A stretch of DNA of 64,000 nt from Histomonas meleagridis 2922-C6/04-290x (GCA_020184695.1 JAANOX010000134.1:194477-258476); one strand, 5' to 3'. Numbered from the stretch's first letter, positions 40,734-52,891 are shown. Made by a program: numbers and translations. Notes: a model not told the origin generated them from the sequence alone.

Positions 40734-43700
40734 TCATAAATCTCTTTTACTTATTATATAAAAATCGTTGGCAACTTTTGTTTTTGGAAAAACGATGTGT
40801 CCCTGCATTTGCCGCATTACTAAATTTCGTTCATCGAATTGAATTCCGTTTTGCTTCTTCAGCAAATCCATAATTTGCTGATTTTGTCTATTTGACGCGA
40901 TTTCGATTGCAGTTAAATTGCCGACAGCTTTTGCATTCAAGTCGATGTTTTTACCACTATGTAATAACAAATTGACAATTTCGAAGTTATTCATTGCACA
41001 AGCGTACATTAATGCATTCATTTTATATTCATTATCTTGAGCATTTACATCGATATTATCATTGTTAAGTAAATATTTTACAGCATTAATATTATTATTA
41101 TAAGTTGCATAAATTAATGCTGTATTACCATTTTTATCTTTTTTGTTAATATTAATTTTATTTTTAATATTTTCGTTTTGGAAAATATCTAATATTTCGT
41201 TATGATTATTTTTAATTGTATCAATGAAAAGAGATGTAATTGGTTCATTACTTATATTAATATCATCTCTTTTGAGGAGTTCGACTGTATTATCTAATGA
41301 ATTCTTTATTGCATAATATAACGCAGTATTTCCATCATCATCTTTAAGGTTAACATTAATATCTTTTATCCGAAGTAAATATCGAACAACATCATTAGAT
41401 TCTGTGCATTTTGTTGTTATAATTAATGAAGTTTCGCCTAAATAATTCTTTTGATTAATATTAATATTATTATCATATGTATAAAGTAAATCAAGTATAG
41501 AAACATTAGGCGTAGAACATAATAACATAAATGCAGTGTTACCGAAGTTATCCTTTGAATGGATATCAATATCTTTATGTTGAAGTAATAATTGAACAAT
41601 ATCAAAATATCCTTTTTTACATGCAAGCATTAAAGGAGTTTTATTATCATATGATTTCACGTTTATATTCATTTCTTCATGTTCTATTAATAATTTAATT
41701 ATTTCTAAATTCTCCTGTTCGAATGCTAATGATAATGCAGTCATTCTGCTTCTGTTTATATTATTTATATTAATATTTGTTCGTTCTAATATTAATTTTG
41801 TTATATCATAATTTTTGGTAATGATTGATAACATTAATGGAGTATTTCCATCTCGATTTTTAATATTTAAATTAATTCCTTCTTTACACAAAAGCATTTC
41901 AATTATTTCATAATCATTTTGTTTAAATGCAATTGTTAATGGTGTCTCATCAAAAATATTAGAAGCGTTTATATCAATATCTTGGCGATCCAATAATAAT
42001 TTAACTATTTCAATATTTCTTAAAGGTGTAACAGATTGCATTTCCGATTGATATGAACAGTATTGCTTTTGATGTTTAGGAATATAAATTGCACTTATTA
42101 ATGGCGTCATCCCAATCATATCTGGCGCATTTACATCAATATCTGGTTGACTTAAAAGTAATTTAAATATTTCAGAATTCCGTTTTTGAATTGCAATGTT
42201 TAATGCAGTTAGTCCAACATCGTTTGGAATATTTACATCAATATCTTTATGATTCAAAAGTAATTGAACGATTTCAATTCTGTTTTGTTGTGTTGCTATT
42301 ATTAATGGGATTTGGAAATTGGAAATATTACTTGAAAAAAGACCACATTTTTGAATCTCATATAAATAATTTTTGGGATCTAAAGATTGAGGATATTTTG
42401 TTGTTGAAATTTTACCATTAACATTAATTCCTTTTTGTTCGAGAAGTAAATGAGTAATGTCATCATGGTTATTTATAATTGACGCAACAAGTGCCGACGA
42501 TTTTTTTTTTGCTATTAATATTAATTTTGATATCTTTTTGCTTTAGAAGTAATTTAACAATTTTGAAATAACCTTTAGATGATGCATATATTAATGCGGT
42601 TTCTTTATATATATTTTGTGCATTTACATCAATTTCTATTTGTTGAAGTAATAATTTTGCAATGTCATAATACCCTTTATGACAGCAATATATTAATGGC
42701 GTATTCCCATTTTTATCAGGAGTATTAACATCGATATTTGGTAATGTTAAAACATATGAAACAAGTTCAATATTATTAGATACAACTGAAAATGGTAATG
42801 TTTCTGTTGGAATATTTTGATACTTTTTAAGAAGATATTTAACAAGATACATATTACCATTCGTGGCTGCCGCTTGTATAAATTTGTTATTGGACTCAAA
42901 ATTCTCTTCTTTTTCTAAATATAAGAAAATATCATAATTGTAATGTTTAATACATGCAACAGCAAGAAGTTCTCTTTCGGAAGAAGTTTTAGATTGGCCT
43001 AATGAATTGATATCGTTTTCAATTATATGTGATCTTGCATGTTTTTTCGCAAATCGTATTGAATTGGAATCAAAATGATCTAATACATTAAATCCTGGCT
43101 TAAATCCTGTTGAAGTAGATTCACTTGGAGCATTAAATCCTGGCTTAAATCCTGCTGATGTAGATGAAGTAGTTGAAGCAGGTGGAATATTAAATCCTGG
43201 CTTAAATCCTGTTGAAGTAGATGAAGTAGTTGAAGCAGGTGGAATATTAAATCCTGGTTTAAATCCTGTTGAAGTAGATGAAGTAGTTGAAGCAGGTGGA
43301 ATATTAAATCCTGGTTTAAATCCTGTTGAAGTAGATGAAGTAGTTGAAGCAGGTGGAATATTAAATCCTGGCTTAAATCCTGTTGAAGTAGTTGAAGCAG
43401 GTGGAATATTAAATCCTGGTTTAAATCCTGTTGAAGCAGATTCACTTGGAACATTAAATCCTGGTTTAAATCCTGGTTTAAATCCTGTTGAAACAGATTC
43501 ACTTGGAACATTAAATCCTGGTTTAAATCCTGTTGAAACAGATTCACTTGTAACATTAAATCCTGGTTTAAATCCTGTTGAAACAGATTCACTTGGAGCA
43601 TTAAATCCTGGTTTAAATCCTGTTGAAGCAGATTCACTTGGAACATTAAATCCTGTTGAAGCAGCTGAGTTTTCTGATTTCATTTCAAAGGTTTCATTTT

Positions 43701-44688
43701 GTTGGATACCGAAACTTACACCATTTATGTTAAATGAGCCATTGCTCTTTTGGTTTTCATAAAGATAAACAAAAATATCATTTCTATTATATTTAATTGC
43801 AGTTTGATAAGCCATTTTTAAATTCTTTGCATTATCATCAATTCTTTGCATACAAAGATGAAATATTTCGACATTTCCTCCTGCAATTGCATATAGTAAA
43901 ACATTATCTAAGTCAGAACCATTCAACATTAAAAATTTGAAACATTTGATTGATCCATAAAATGCTGCATATTGAATGAGAGTAACAGGATTATCGCAAA
44001 GTTCAGAATACCTTTCGTACTCTGAATGTTTAATTATTCTATTAAACTTAAAATCGGGTTGTGATGAGATTTCTTGGAGCCGATCAATATCATCAATTCG
44101 AATTACTTTGGCAATTTCTACTGGATTGTATCCATCATGCGCATATTTTTTATGAAGTTTAAAGTCATCTTTTTGAAGATCTGAGTTGAAATCAAAAAGT
44201 TCATGGGGATTAAAAACACATGATACTCTTGAAGCTGTTTCGATTCGACGAACATTCGTCCGATTTTGAGGTATCGGTTTTAAGTGAATAAAATAATGAG
44301 ATTCTATATTTGAAACAAAATCTGACTCAATTAGATTTTCTTCCAACATACGGAAAAGAATATAGTTTGTTTCTCTTTCGCCGTTTAGGAGAAGAAAATG
44401 ACCAAACATTTTGAAGATTTCTAGGCTTTCATTGAATTGTTTTTCTTTAGTTTCAACTGATTTTAAATAGAGAAAATACAAATCAATTTCCTTCCTTTGT
44501 GAGAGAAAAGATGAATATATAGCTTCAAAAAGAATAATATTAAAAGAATTTTGAGAATTTATTTCAAAAAAATTCATTGTTGCTTGAATAATATTTTCAA
44601 TATTTTCTTTTTCAAGTTGGAAGACAATGTTTTTTATTGACTGCACATAATCAATTTCTTGTTGATGGTTTTCTAGAGTTGCTTCCAT
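40734..44688 (-). CDS. DUF3447-type ankyrin protein with internal GF-rich repeat; one frameshift at an A10 run (42501-42510)
   Basis: ORFs 42469-44688 and 40734-42257 join if one A is removed, giving ...NINSKKKSSALVASIINNHDDITHLLLEQKGINVN...IPLIIATQQNRIEIVQLLLNHKDIDVN. Ankyrin repeats here are uninterrupted. Confidence 0.8.
43085..43665 (-). repeat. Coding tandem repeat STGFKPGFN(V/I/A)P... about 11 units of 42-57 nt
   Basis: Recurrent ttaaatcctgg(t/c)ttaaatcctg on the + strand; 14-aa and 19-aa units. Confidence 0.95.
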
Positions 44689-44915
44689 TTGGACCTGATC
44701 AGGTCCGGTGGCAAACGATATACAAATTAAATGGTTTATAAACTGTTTTTCACATCGTCATTCTGAAATTCCTAACAGTAAAACTATTCTTATATCCTTT
44801 TGCTTGTATTTGTTTTCATTCAAGTTCACTATTTCGTGTAGTTTCCCATTTCTTATGTAACAAAATCATTTAATCAAAATCCAGCCAAACACTTAAATTT
44901 GTATTATAATCAATT

Positions 44916-46151
44916 TTACTGAATCCATTTCACAGTTGACAAGTCAATTCCTGCTTGCTTCATTTCCCATAATGGGCTTAAGTTTCTTAATTCGACCACA
45001 GCCTTCTTTAATTGCTCGACGAACCTATCAATTTCTTCTTTTGTTGTGAACTTAGAAAGCCCAATTCTCAATGATGTATGCGCAAGTTCATCACTTACAC
45101 CCACAGCCTTTAATACGTATGAAGGCTCTAATGAATCAGACGTGCAAGCGCTTCCTGAGCTAACTGCGAACTCAGATATCTTTGCCATTAATGATTCACC
45201 TTCAACTGAATCAAATGAAATGTTAACGCAGCCAAACCATCGCGATTTTTGTGACCCATTAACTGTAATCTCTGGAATGTTTTCTTGAACTTTCTGAATA
45301 AGATATCGCCCGAGGTCTTCAATGTATGGAGAATCCCATTTCATCTCTCTCGAGGCAATTTCGGCGGCTTTGCCAAAGCCAACAATTAATGGAACAGCTA
45401 ACGTTCCACTTCGAAGTCCTCGTTCTTGGCCACCGCCGCTAAGGACTGGATCAAGACGGATATGTGGTCGACTACCTACGTACAATGCTCCAATACCTTT
45501 CGGTCCATGGCACTTATGACCAGATAATGACATGATGTTGACGCCAAGCTTCTTGACATCAATTGGGATTTTGCCGAAGCCTTGGGCTGCATCAGTATGC
45601 ATCCAAATACCATGCTTCTTACAAATGGCTGATAATTGGGAAATGGGTTGTATTACTCCAATCTCATTATTGACTGTCATGACGGATACAAGACCAGTGT
45701 CGGGTCTGATGGATTTCTCGAGATCGGTAGGATTAACAAGACCATCCTTTTGAACTGGAAGAAATGTAACATCAAATCCTTTACGCTGAAGATAACGTGC
45801 ACTTTCTAAAACGCACTTATGTTCTATTTGTGAAATAATGAGATGCTTTTTGCCTTTGTTACTAAGGTAATTCATGGCACCTTTTATTGCAAGATTATTT
45901 GATTCTGTGGCTCCAGAAGTGAAAATAATTTCTTTTGGTTTGCAATTGACTAAACTGGCAATGCTTGCACGAGCTTTTTCAACAGCTGCCATGCTTTCTA
46001 TTCCAAAGCCATGTTGTTTGGAATGTGCGTTTCCATGTGCAAAAGTCTCATAAGGAAGCATTGCATCTAATACACGTGGATCTAATATTGATGTTGCTTG
46101 TGTGTCGAGGTAGGATCCTTTGAAATATGATCTTGAAAAGGATTTCAGCAT
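44916..46151 (-). CDS. iscS: Cysteine desulfurase IscS/Nfs1, hydrogenosomal
   Basis: YLDTQATS, IIFTSGATESNN, HTDAAQ, SGHK..GPKG.G, GGGQERGLRSGT, SSGSACTS; short ML...SRS presequence as in trichomonad IscS. Confidence 0.97.
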   Translation of the reverse strand: MLKSFSRSYFKGSYLDTQATSILDPRVLDAMLPYETFAHGNAHSKQHGFGIESMAAVEKARASIASLVNCKPKEIIFTSGATESNNLAIKGAMNYLSNKGKKHLIISQIEHKCVLESARYLQRKGFDVTFLPVQKDGLVNPTDLEKSIRPDTGLVSVMTVNNEIGVIQPISQLSAICKKHGIWMHTDAAQGFGKIPIDVKKLGVNIMSLSGHKCHGPKGIGALYVGSRPHIRLDPVLSGGGQERGLRSGTLAVPLIVGFGKAAEIASREMKWDSPYIEDLGRYLIQKVQENIPEITVNGSQKSRWFGCVNISFDSVEGESLMAKISEFAVSSGSACTSDSLEPSYVLKAVGVSDELAHTSLRIGLSKFTTKEEIDRFVEQLKKAVVELRNLSPLWEMKQAGIDLSTVKWIQ

Positions 46152-46581
46152 TCTTTTTGATATGTTAAGTGACCACATTCCGGCCACTTTCGCTTCAGAA
46201 AAAATTCAGAAAAATAAATAATGTCAATCAAATTTCCTTAGAAAAAGTCAAATGCCATTTAAGGGAGATTGAGTAAAATATCCGTCTTCTTAAAATTGCA
46301 ATCCACTCAATCTTTAATGGTCTTTCTGCGAATATTTGAGATTAAGATCCAACTTGTTAGAGAAACATTTGCTGGTTTTATAACTGTTGTTTAGAATTAA
46401 GAAGCACATACAATAATTGTTAAATAATAATTATTATGATATTTCAGTTGTACCTGAAAAAATGTAAACTTTCAAGAAAAATGTATATTGTTACTTATAG
46501 TTAGAAATAAGAATTATATGGGTTTTTAGTTGTTTTGATTTTTAATTGCTGAAAAAGGGTAAATTTACCCATTTCATGCTC

Positions 46582-46603
46582 TGCGGTTTGGCCAGCCTTT
46601 TTT
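46582..46603 (+). promoter_or_regulatory. M3 (TGCGGTTT) plus M5 (CCTTTTTT) core promoter of RPL30
   Basis: 14-nt offset as for RPS23; ends 1 nt before the ATG. Confidence 0.75.
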
Positions 46604-46604
46604 A

Positions 46605-46943
46605 ATGGGACGCAAAAATATCACTAAAGCACGTGAATCTATCATTAGTAGCCTCAGCCTTGTTACCAAGTCAGGAAAGTACAGCCTTGGCATTGAACAG
46701 ACATTGAGGACACTTCGTTCTGGTCAAGCCAAGCTTGTTATATTTGCATCAAACATTGCACCATCACAAAAATCCCTCATAGAATACTATGCAATGCTTA
46801 GCCAATGCGATATTCTTCCATTTGACGGCGATAATGTTGATCTTGGAACAGCCTGTGGTAAATACTTCCGCTCCTCAGTTATTACCATTATTGATGCAGG
46901 TGAATCCGAAATCCTCAAGATGATCAAAGAAAAGTCTGAATAA
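46605..46943 (+). CDS. RPL30: 60S ribosomal protein L30 (eL30)
   Basis: L.LV.KSGKYSLG...TLRTLRSG.AKLVI.A.N, IEYYAML, G.N.DLGTACGKYFR. Confidence 0.97.
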   Translation: MGRKNITKARESIISSLSLVTKSGKYSLGIEQTLRTLRSGQAKLVIFASNIAPSQKSLIEYYAMLSQCDILPFDGDNVDLGTACGKYFRSSVITIIDAGESEILKMIKEKSE

Positions 46944-46988
46944 AATTTTCGCAATATCCTATTTTTTTTCTTTAAATATTTAATATCA

Positions 46989-48497
46989 TTAAAGTTCTTC
47001 AAGAACTTCTTCTTTTTCAGGTTCCGAAGATGCAACAGCGTTCAACAAGTCATCAAGTTCTTTTCCTATTTCTTCTTGATTCTCTCCAGGGAAATCGAAC
47101 AAATGTTGACCCAAGAAATTCATTTCATCTAACATTTCATCATACGACGGTTGTGGCGGTTTAACCTTAACGTTCTCTGTTGCATATTTACAAATAAATC
47201 GCAACAAATTATTCGAAGAGAAATGCGACCACATGTAAATTCCTTCTTTATTATTTTTGGTGAACATATGTACATGTGGCAACACTTTCAAAGAAGGGAA
47301 TGGTTTCGGAGAAGTATTTAAGTCAATATTAATATAAGCAAATTTAATCGAAGTTTCTTTAAGTTGTTCAGCAATGTTTTTGAAATCTTCAATTTCATTT
47401 GGAATGAAAGCAGGATTTCCATAAAGAACAACTACATCATGTTCAGGATCATTAACAAATTCAGCATATGACTTTCCAACAAGTTTATGAATTATTTCAT
47501 TATTTTCTTCTTGGTCTTCTGATTCACTTATATATTGCTTTTGAAGTTTACCTTCTCTTACATCTGATAAATATTGCTTAAAAGGAGTCCCTTTTTGATA
47601 CTCATAATAATATCCTTCTTTATAATTAAACACCCAAAAACTGGGCGGATCAACTTTTTGATTAGTGCAGATCGAATAGTATTGAAAAAGTGACTCCGAT
47701 ATAAAACCGAATTTGAATTCGGTGAATTGATGCGAAAGTTCATAAAGAAGTTGCTTATATTCTTCGTTGTAATCATAATCAAGGATAACAGCGAATGTTG
47801 AGTTACTTGCGATGATGTCGCGTGGCTGGAGTTGCTTGTATTTAGGAATCATTGCTTTTTGAAATGAATTGAAATCATCAAATGATTCAATAATGTTGTC
47901 ATCTGCTCGGTAAACACCAAACTTATGGTCTGTGAGTTCAAGTTCTTTGAATAAAGATTCAGATATGTTGATTATTTCAAATTGTTCTAATTCATAAGTA
48001 TGTGAAAGTAAAAGGGATAGACATTCATTGTAATTAGTTTCTTTAGAAAAGATTGTCAATGGTAGGTGGCCAAGAATTGCCTTTAGGCTATCTAATGATT
48101 TAACTGTTGGTTGATCATAAATCCAACTTCTGAATAAAAATAAAGATTGTGAAATATCGTCAGGGATTCTTGAAACTCGTGTAAGGTTTCCTTCATAGAA
48201 ATGTGCAACACATGGAAGTTCATAATCTCCTTTGGATAAAACAAGACCTGCGCCTGATTCATACATAACTCCAAAGTAAGCATCTCCTAAAAATTCAGGT
48301 GAAATTGAGACCATTACTTTAAGTGTATCCCATTCAAAATCATTGATTTTATCTGAAATAACAAGAACAATTAAATGCTTATTTTGAGATGCAATTTGTT
48401 CGAAGTTTCCTGGTTCTACGGAAGGGAGAAATCCTATTGCAGTAGAAAGATATGGGATGTGAATTGAGAAAGTTGTATGTAGAAGGAGAAAAAGCAT
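46989..48497 (-). CDS. PDI-like multi-thioredoxin-fold ER protein lacking CxxC
   Basis: Signal peptide; b/b'-type domains; a'-like KLVGKSY.EFV.DPEHDVVVLY; acidic tail ending EEL. Confidence 0.7.
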   Translation of the reverse strand: MLFLLLHTTFSIHIPYLSTAIGFLPSVEPGNFEQIASQNKHLIVLVISDKINDFEWDTLKVMVSISPEFLGDAYFGVMYESGAGLVLSKGDYELPCVAHFYEGNLTRVSRIPDDISQSLFLFRSWIYDQPTVKSLDSLKAILGHLPLTIFSKETNYNECLSLLLSHTYELEQFEIINISESLFKELELTDHKFGVYRADDNIIESFDDFNSFQKAMIPKYKQLQPRDIIASNSTFAVILDYDYNEEYKQLLYELSHQFTEFKFGFISESLFQYYSICTNQKVDPPSFWVFNYKEGYYYEYQKGTPFKQYLSDVREGKLQKQYISESEDQEENNEIIHKLVGKSYAEFVNDPEHDVVVLYGNPAFIPNEIEDFKNIAEQLKETSIKFAYINIDLNTSPKPFPSLKVLPHVHMFTKNNKEGIYMWSHFSSNNLLRFICKYATENVKVKPPQPSYDEMLDEMNFLGQHLFDFPGENQEEIGKELDDLLNAVASSEPEKEEVLEEL

Positions 48498-48852
48498 CTG
48501 ATTTCACATAACATTTCAGCAAAATTGTCATTGTGCTCACAAATTTGCTCTGAAAAATTTTGAATTGAAATATATGGCAAATATTATATTTCAATCAAAT
48601 TGACTCTGGCACAAAAGATACTGGAGACTTCAAGAATTGAAACAAAATTTTCTAATATATAAGTTATTTGTTAGCAGTAAATGTTGCAATGATAGCCTTT
48701 TAGTATGCGCTTTTTTTTGAAATTAAGAAATAAGTTAAAGTTTTTTCACCACTAAAAGCGAAAGTTCTCTCACACGGCGTTCAGACAGAAATAAACCACT
48801 CAATTATGGATTTTTTCAATGATTATTTGATGTAACTTTTTCATTTCATTAA

Positions 48853-49884
48853 ATGTTCATCAATAATTTAACATTAATTCACTTATCAGTGACGAATTCC
48901 TTTTCTCAGTCACCTTTGATCGCAGGGAAATTTAAATCAGTAGCAATAATAAATTCCAAATTTTTGAAATCATTTCATCAATTACTATATGGTTCATCAT
49001 TTGGCCATCTAAACCTTGATAAGTCATGTTTTTATTATTTCTTAAGCTCTTTAATTCAGACTTCATCAATTCAAAGTATAAACTTAAAAGTCTATAAATC
49101 AGACCTTCCTACTTATACAGACGATGATATTGAAATTTCAAATTGTTTATTCACCAAGATTATTTTAATTGATTTTCTTGTATCAATAAATGCAAAACTA
49201 ACAATAATTAATTCCAATTTTTTTGACATTTCTAGTTCTACTTCTTCTATATTGTTTCAATCATCTGCAAATACTATTAGAGATTGTACCTTTAGGTATA
49301 TTTATACAAGAATATATACAAGTTCAATTACACTTACAAATGTCTCTGTATGTGAAAGCACTTTAATTTCTCAATGTCAAATTCCTGATGAAGCATTTAA
49401 TCCAATTCATATTCTATCATATGTAAATATCACAAACAACAAAATCAATAAATTTTTTGGATGTGTAGAAAATGATTTTTCGTATTCAGCTATATATCAT
49501 TTTAAACAAATATTAACTGAAAATAATAATTTCGATAGTTATTTATTCTTTTGTTACATGAAAAGAAATGAAATTAATATAATAAATTCTGTTTTTATAA
49601 ATAACAATGGAATAATTTGTGATTCATCTTTGAGAGGGTTATTGGGCTTTAAAGATTTTGTAATACAAAATTCTTGTTTAAGTAATGTAACTGTTCAACC
49701 ATCAAATTCAAAAGCAGTAAAATTAATAAAATGCGCAATCGATGAATCTATAACCAATGCGGACATTGAAGAGTGCACGAATGGAGAGAAATGTCCAATT
49801 TTGGATGAATCAATCCAAGAAGAAATATTGGCATTTGATTATGGTATAATAGGTGATGAAATCATGGAATTTAAAATTGCTTGA
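48853..49884 (+). CDS. Hypothetical S/N/I/C-rich protein (possible beta-helix family)
   Basis: 343-aa ATG ORF with recurring I.NC.F/I.NS.F turns. Confidence 0.65.
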   Translation: MFINNLTLIHLSVTNSFSQSPLIAGKFKSVAIINSKFLKSFHQLLYGSSFGHLNLDKSCFYYFLSSLIQTSSIQSINLKVYKSDLPTYTDDDIEISNCLFTKIILIDFLVSINAKLTIINSNFFDISSSTSSILFQSSANTIRDCTFRYIYTRIYTSSITLTNVSVCESTLISQCQIPDEAFNPIHILSYVNITNNKINKFFGCVENDFSYSAIYHFKQILTENNNFDSYLFFCYMKRNEINIINSVFINNNGIICDSSLRGLLGFKDFVIQNSCLSNVTVQPSNSKAVKLIKCAIDESITNADIEECTNGEKCPILDESIQEEILAFDYGIIGDEIMEFKIA

Positions 49885-50228
49885 AACAAAAAGTAAAAAT
49901 TTTTTGTTTGTGAATACTTTGTTTTTATGAAATTACTTGAGTTGAAAATTTCGAATTATTTCTTTACACAATTTTTTTATCATTTTTCATTGTTTGAGGA
50001 GAATTGTATGTAAGAAATGAGAGTGAATTACTTTTTATATCTGTTAAATTGAAATTTCATATTTCAATTTCAAATGAAATCAATTTATAATTAAAATATT
50101 TATTCAATATAAAATAATGTATATATAATTGCAAAATTTTGTTATTTTTAAATTAAAATGGAAAATCTTTTCAATAATTAATAGAAAAAGTATTATCTTC
50201 AAGTATGAATGTTTATTCAATGAAAAAT

Positions 50229-52891
50229 TTAATTATTTTTTGCCATGTGTTCTTTAGAATACGATTGAAGCAATTTTACAATTTCAGTGTGACCTTTTTC
50301 TGTTGCATACATAAGTGCTGTTCGAAGTAAATTAAATAAATTCCAAATATTATTTTGAAGCTTTAAATTACAAAAATTAACTTTATTTACCAAAGGATAT
50401 TTTTGTAGTGGATATTAATATTATCTTTTTCAAGAAGTAATTTTACTATTTCGATATAACCACCTCCTGCTGCATTGACAAGTGGTGCAAAAATAAGGAA
50501 TAAACTCCAAATATTGTTTTGAAATATATAATCTTAATAAACATTTTTAACATTAATGTTGATTCCTTCTTTTCCTAGAAGTAATTTAACTATCTCAGTA
50601 AAACCAAATTTTGTTGCGATAATAAGTGCTGATAATAAAATGAATAAACTCCAAATATTGTTTTGAATTATATAATACGAATAAACATTTCTAGCATTAA
50701 CATCAATATTATCTTTTTCAAGAAGTAATTGAACTATTTCTTTATGACCCTTTGAGACTGCCCAAATTAGTGCTGTCCTAATTAATTTGAATAATTTCCA
50801 AATATTTTTATGTAACAAGAAATTATTGAAACAAATATCAAACAAAATAAATTTATATCTTTGGCATTAATATCAATATCTTTTTGTTCAAGAAGTAATT
50901 TTACTATATCTTTAAAACCATTATGTGATGCAACTGTAAGTGATGTCCATAACTATTTAAGTAATTAACTTATAAATTTTTTAAACTCTAAATGATTAAA
51001 ACAATTATTATATTGAACGAATAAATATCTTTGGTATTAATATCAATTCCTTCTTGTTCAAGAAGTAATTTAACGATTTCTGGGTGATCAAATCTAACTG
51101 CATTCGAAAGGGCAGTATCATAAAATCAAAATAATTTTTAATAATTATTATTAAATCCAAAATCATTGAAACAATCATTAAACAAAATGAATAAAAATTT
51201 TTAGCATTTATATCAATTCCTTTTTGTTCAAGAAGCAATTTAACTGCTTCAGTATTACCATGATATGATGCAAACATAAGTGCTGTACTATATATTTCGA
51301 ATAATTTCCAAATAATATCAAAAAATGCCAAACGATATAAACAAAAATCAAATAAATAAAATGAATCCTAAATAAAACAAATAAATATTTTTAGCATTAA
51401 TATCAACATTTTCGTGTTCAAGAAGTAATTTAATAACATTAGCATGTCCAGATGAAGAAGCAAACATAAGAGCTGTGTTAAATATTACAAATAATTTCCA
51501 AATATTATATATAAATCCAAAAACATTAAAACAAACACTAAACAAAACATATGAATATTTCTAGCATTAATATCAATTTCTTTTTGTTCAAGAAGTAATT
51601 TGACCATTTCCTCATTTCCATTTTCAGATGCTATCATAAGTGCTGTATTAAATATATTAAAGAATTTCCAAATATTATTTTAAAATTAGAAAAAATTGGA
51701 ACAAAATTTATTTTTAGAATTAATATCAATTCCTTTTTGTTCTAATATATATTTAACAAGTTCAATATTACCTATTTCAGATGAGAAAACCAAAATATCT
51801 TTTGGAATAGGATTTCCTTTAAGGAAATATTTAATCAAATATAAATTTCCAACTTTTGATGCTTCATTAATAATAGATTCATTAATTTTCATTCCAATCT
51901 CATGTAGGAATGCAAAAATATCATAGTTATGATGAATAATACATTTCCTTCCTAATTCTTCCAAATTATTAATTTCAACAATTTTGTTTTCATAAAGATA
52001 ATGAAAGACATCATTTCGATGGAATTCAATTGCTGTTTCATATGCATCTTCAAATTTAGCATGATTTTGTTCACATAAATGAATTATCTCTAAATTCCCA
52101 CCAGCAATAGCATATTTACCAGTGGACAATAATTCGATATCGTTCATTAATAAAAATTTAAAACATTTAACTGCCCCAAAAAATGCAGCATAATCAATAA
52201 GTGCATTATTATTTTGATTAATGAATGAACATCTTTCATAAATTGAAGGTTGAATTTGATGATCAAAATTAAAATTCGTTTGAGATGATATTTCTTGAAG
52301 TTTTTCAATATTATCAGTACGTATTACTTTTACTATTTCATTTGGATTAACTCCTTCTTGTGCTAATTCTTTCTGATGTTTCCAATTGTCTTTTTGGAGT
52401 TCTTCGATATTTTTGTAAAAGTAATTATCATATTGACAATTTTTATAATCTTGTTCTGACAAATAGTGTGCAAAATATAAATTGTTTATATTTTTTACAA
52501 CTTCTTCTTTGATTAAACCTTCTCTAATCATAGTTTCAAGAAAATAAAACGATTCTTGTGTTTTCTTTCTATGAAGAAAATGTGCTAAAATATCAATTAA
52601 TTTATATTTGCATTGATTCTTTTCTTCAAATGTTTTAAATTCTTTTAAGAAATTTAAATACTTATCAACTTCATTTGGAGAAATTTCAATTGAACAATAT
52701 ATTATCTGACTAATGACTAAATAAAAAGAATATGTATTAGCAAAATCAAAGATATCGATAATTGATTGAACTGTTCTCGAAATTTTATCCTTATCCATTC
52801 CAAAGACATTTTGTCCGATTAATTGAAGTATTTCCCATTCACTTAAATTTTGTTTTTGAACTGGTTCATTTGGATTATTATGTTCTTCCAT
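50229..52891 (-). CDS. DUF3447-type ankyrin-repeat gene; discontinuous, nine inserts, clean terminal segment
   Basis: Open 52891-51710, then eight complete ankyrin cores and a final TALMYATEKGHTEIVKLLQSYSKEHMAKNN* ending at 50229. Confidence 0.8.
50322..51709 (-). other. Ankyrin-interrupting AT-rich inserts (9 copies)
   Basis: 51647-51709 (63 nt), 51477-51556 (80), 51287-51386 (100), 51117-51196 (80), 50947-51026 (80), 50777-50856 (80), 50633-50686 (54), 50489-50542 (54), 50322-50398 (77). Confidence 0.9.

Noticed and set aside
42501-42510. Programmed frameshift at the A10 run
   Set aside because: Several other breaks in the window also fall in homopolymers, so a consensus error is more parsimonious. 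No stimulatory structure is evident.
43080-43646. 188-aa QDLNQDL-repeat ORF
   Set aside because: Alternative-frame shadow of the STGFKPGFN coding repeat.
50389-50400. ATATCCTTT, a perfect U12-type 5' splice site, at the start of one insert
   Set aside because: Present in only 1 of 17 inserts. AT-AC excision to the Thr codon is out of frame or deletes the TAL threonine, and T. vaginalis is reported to lack the minor spliceosome.
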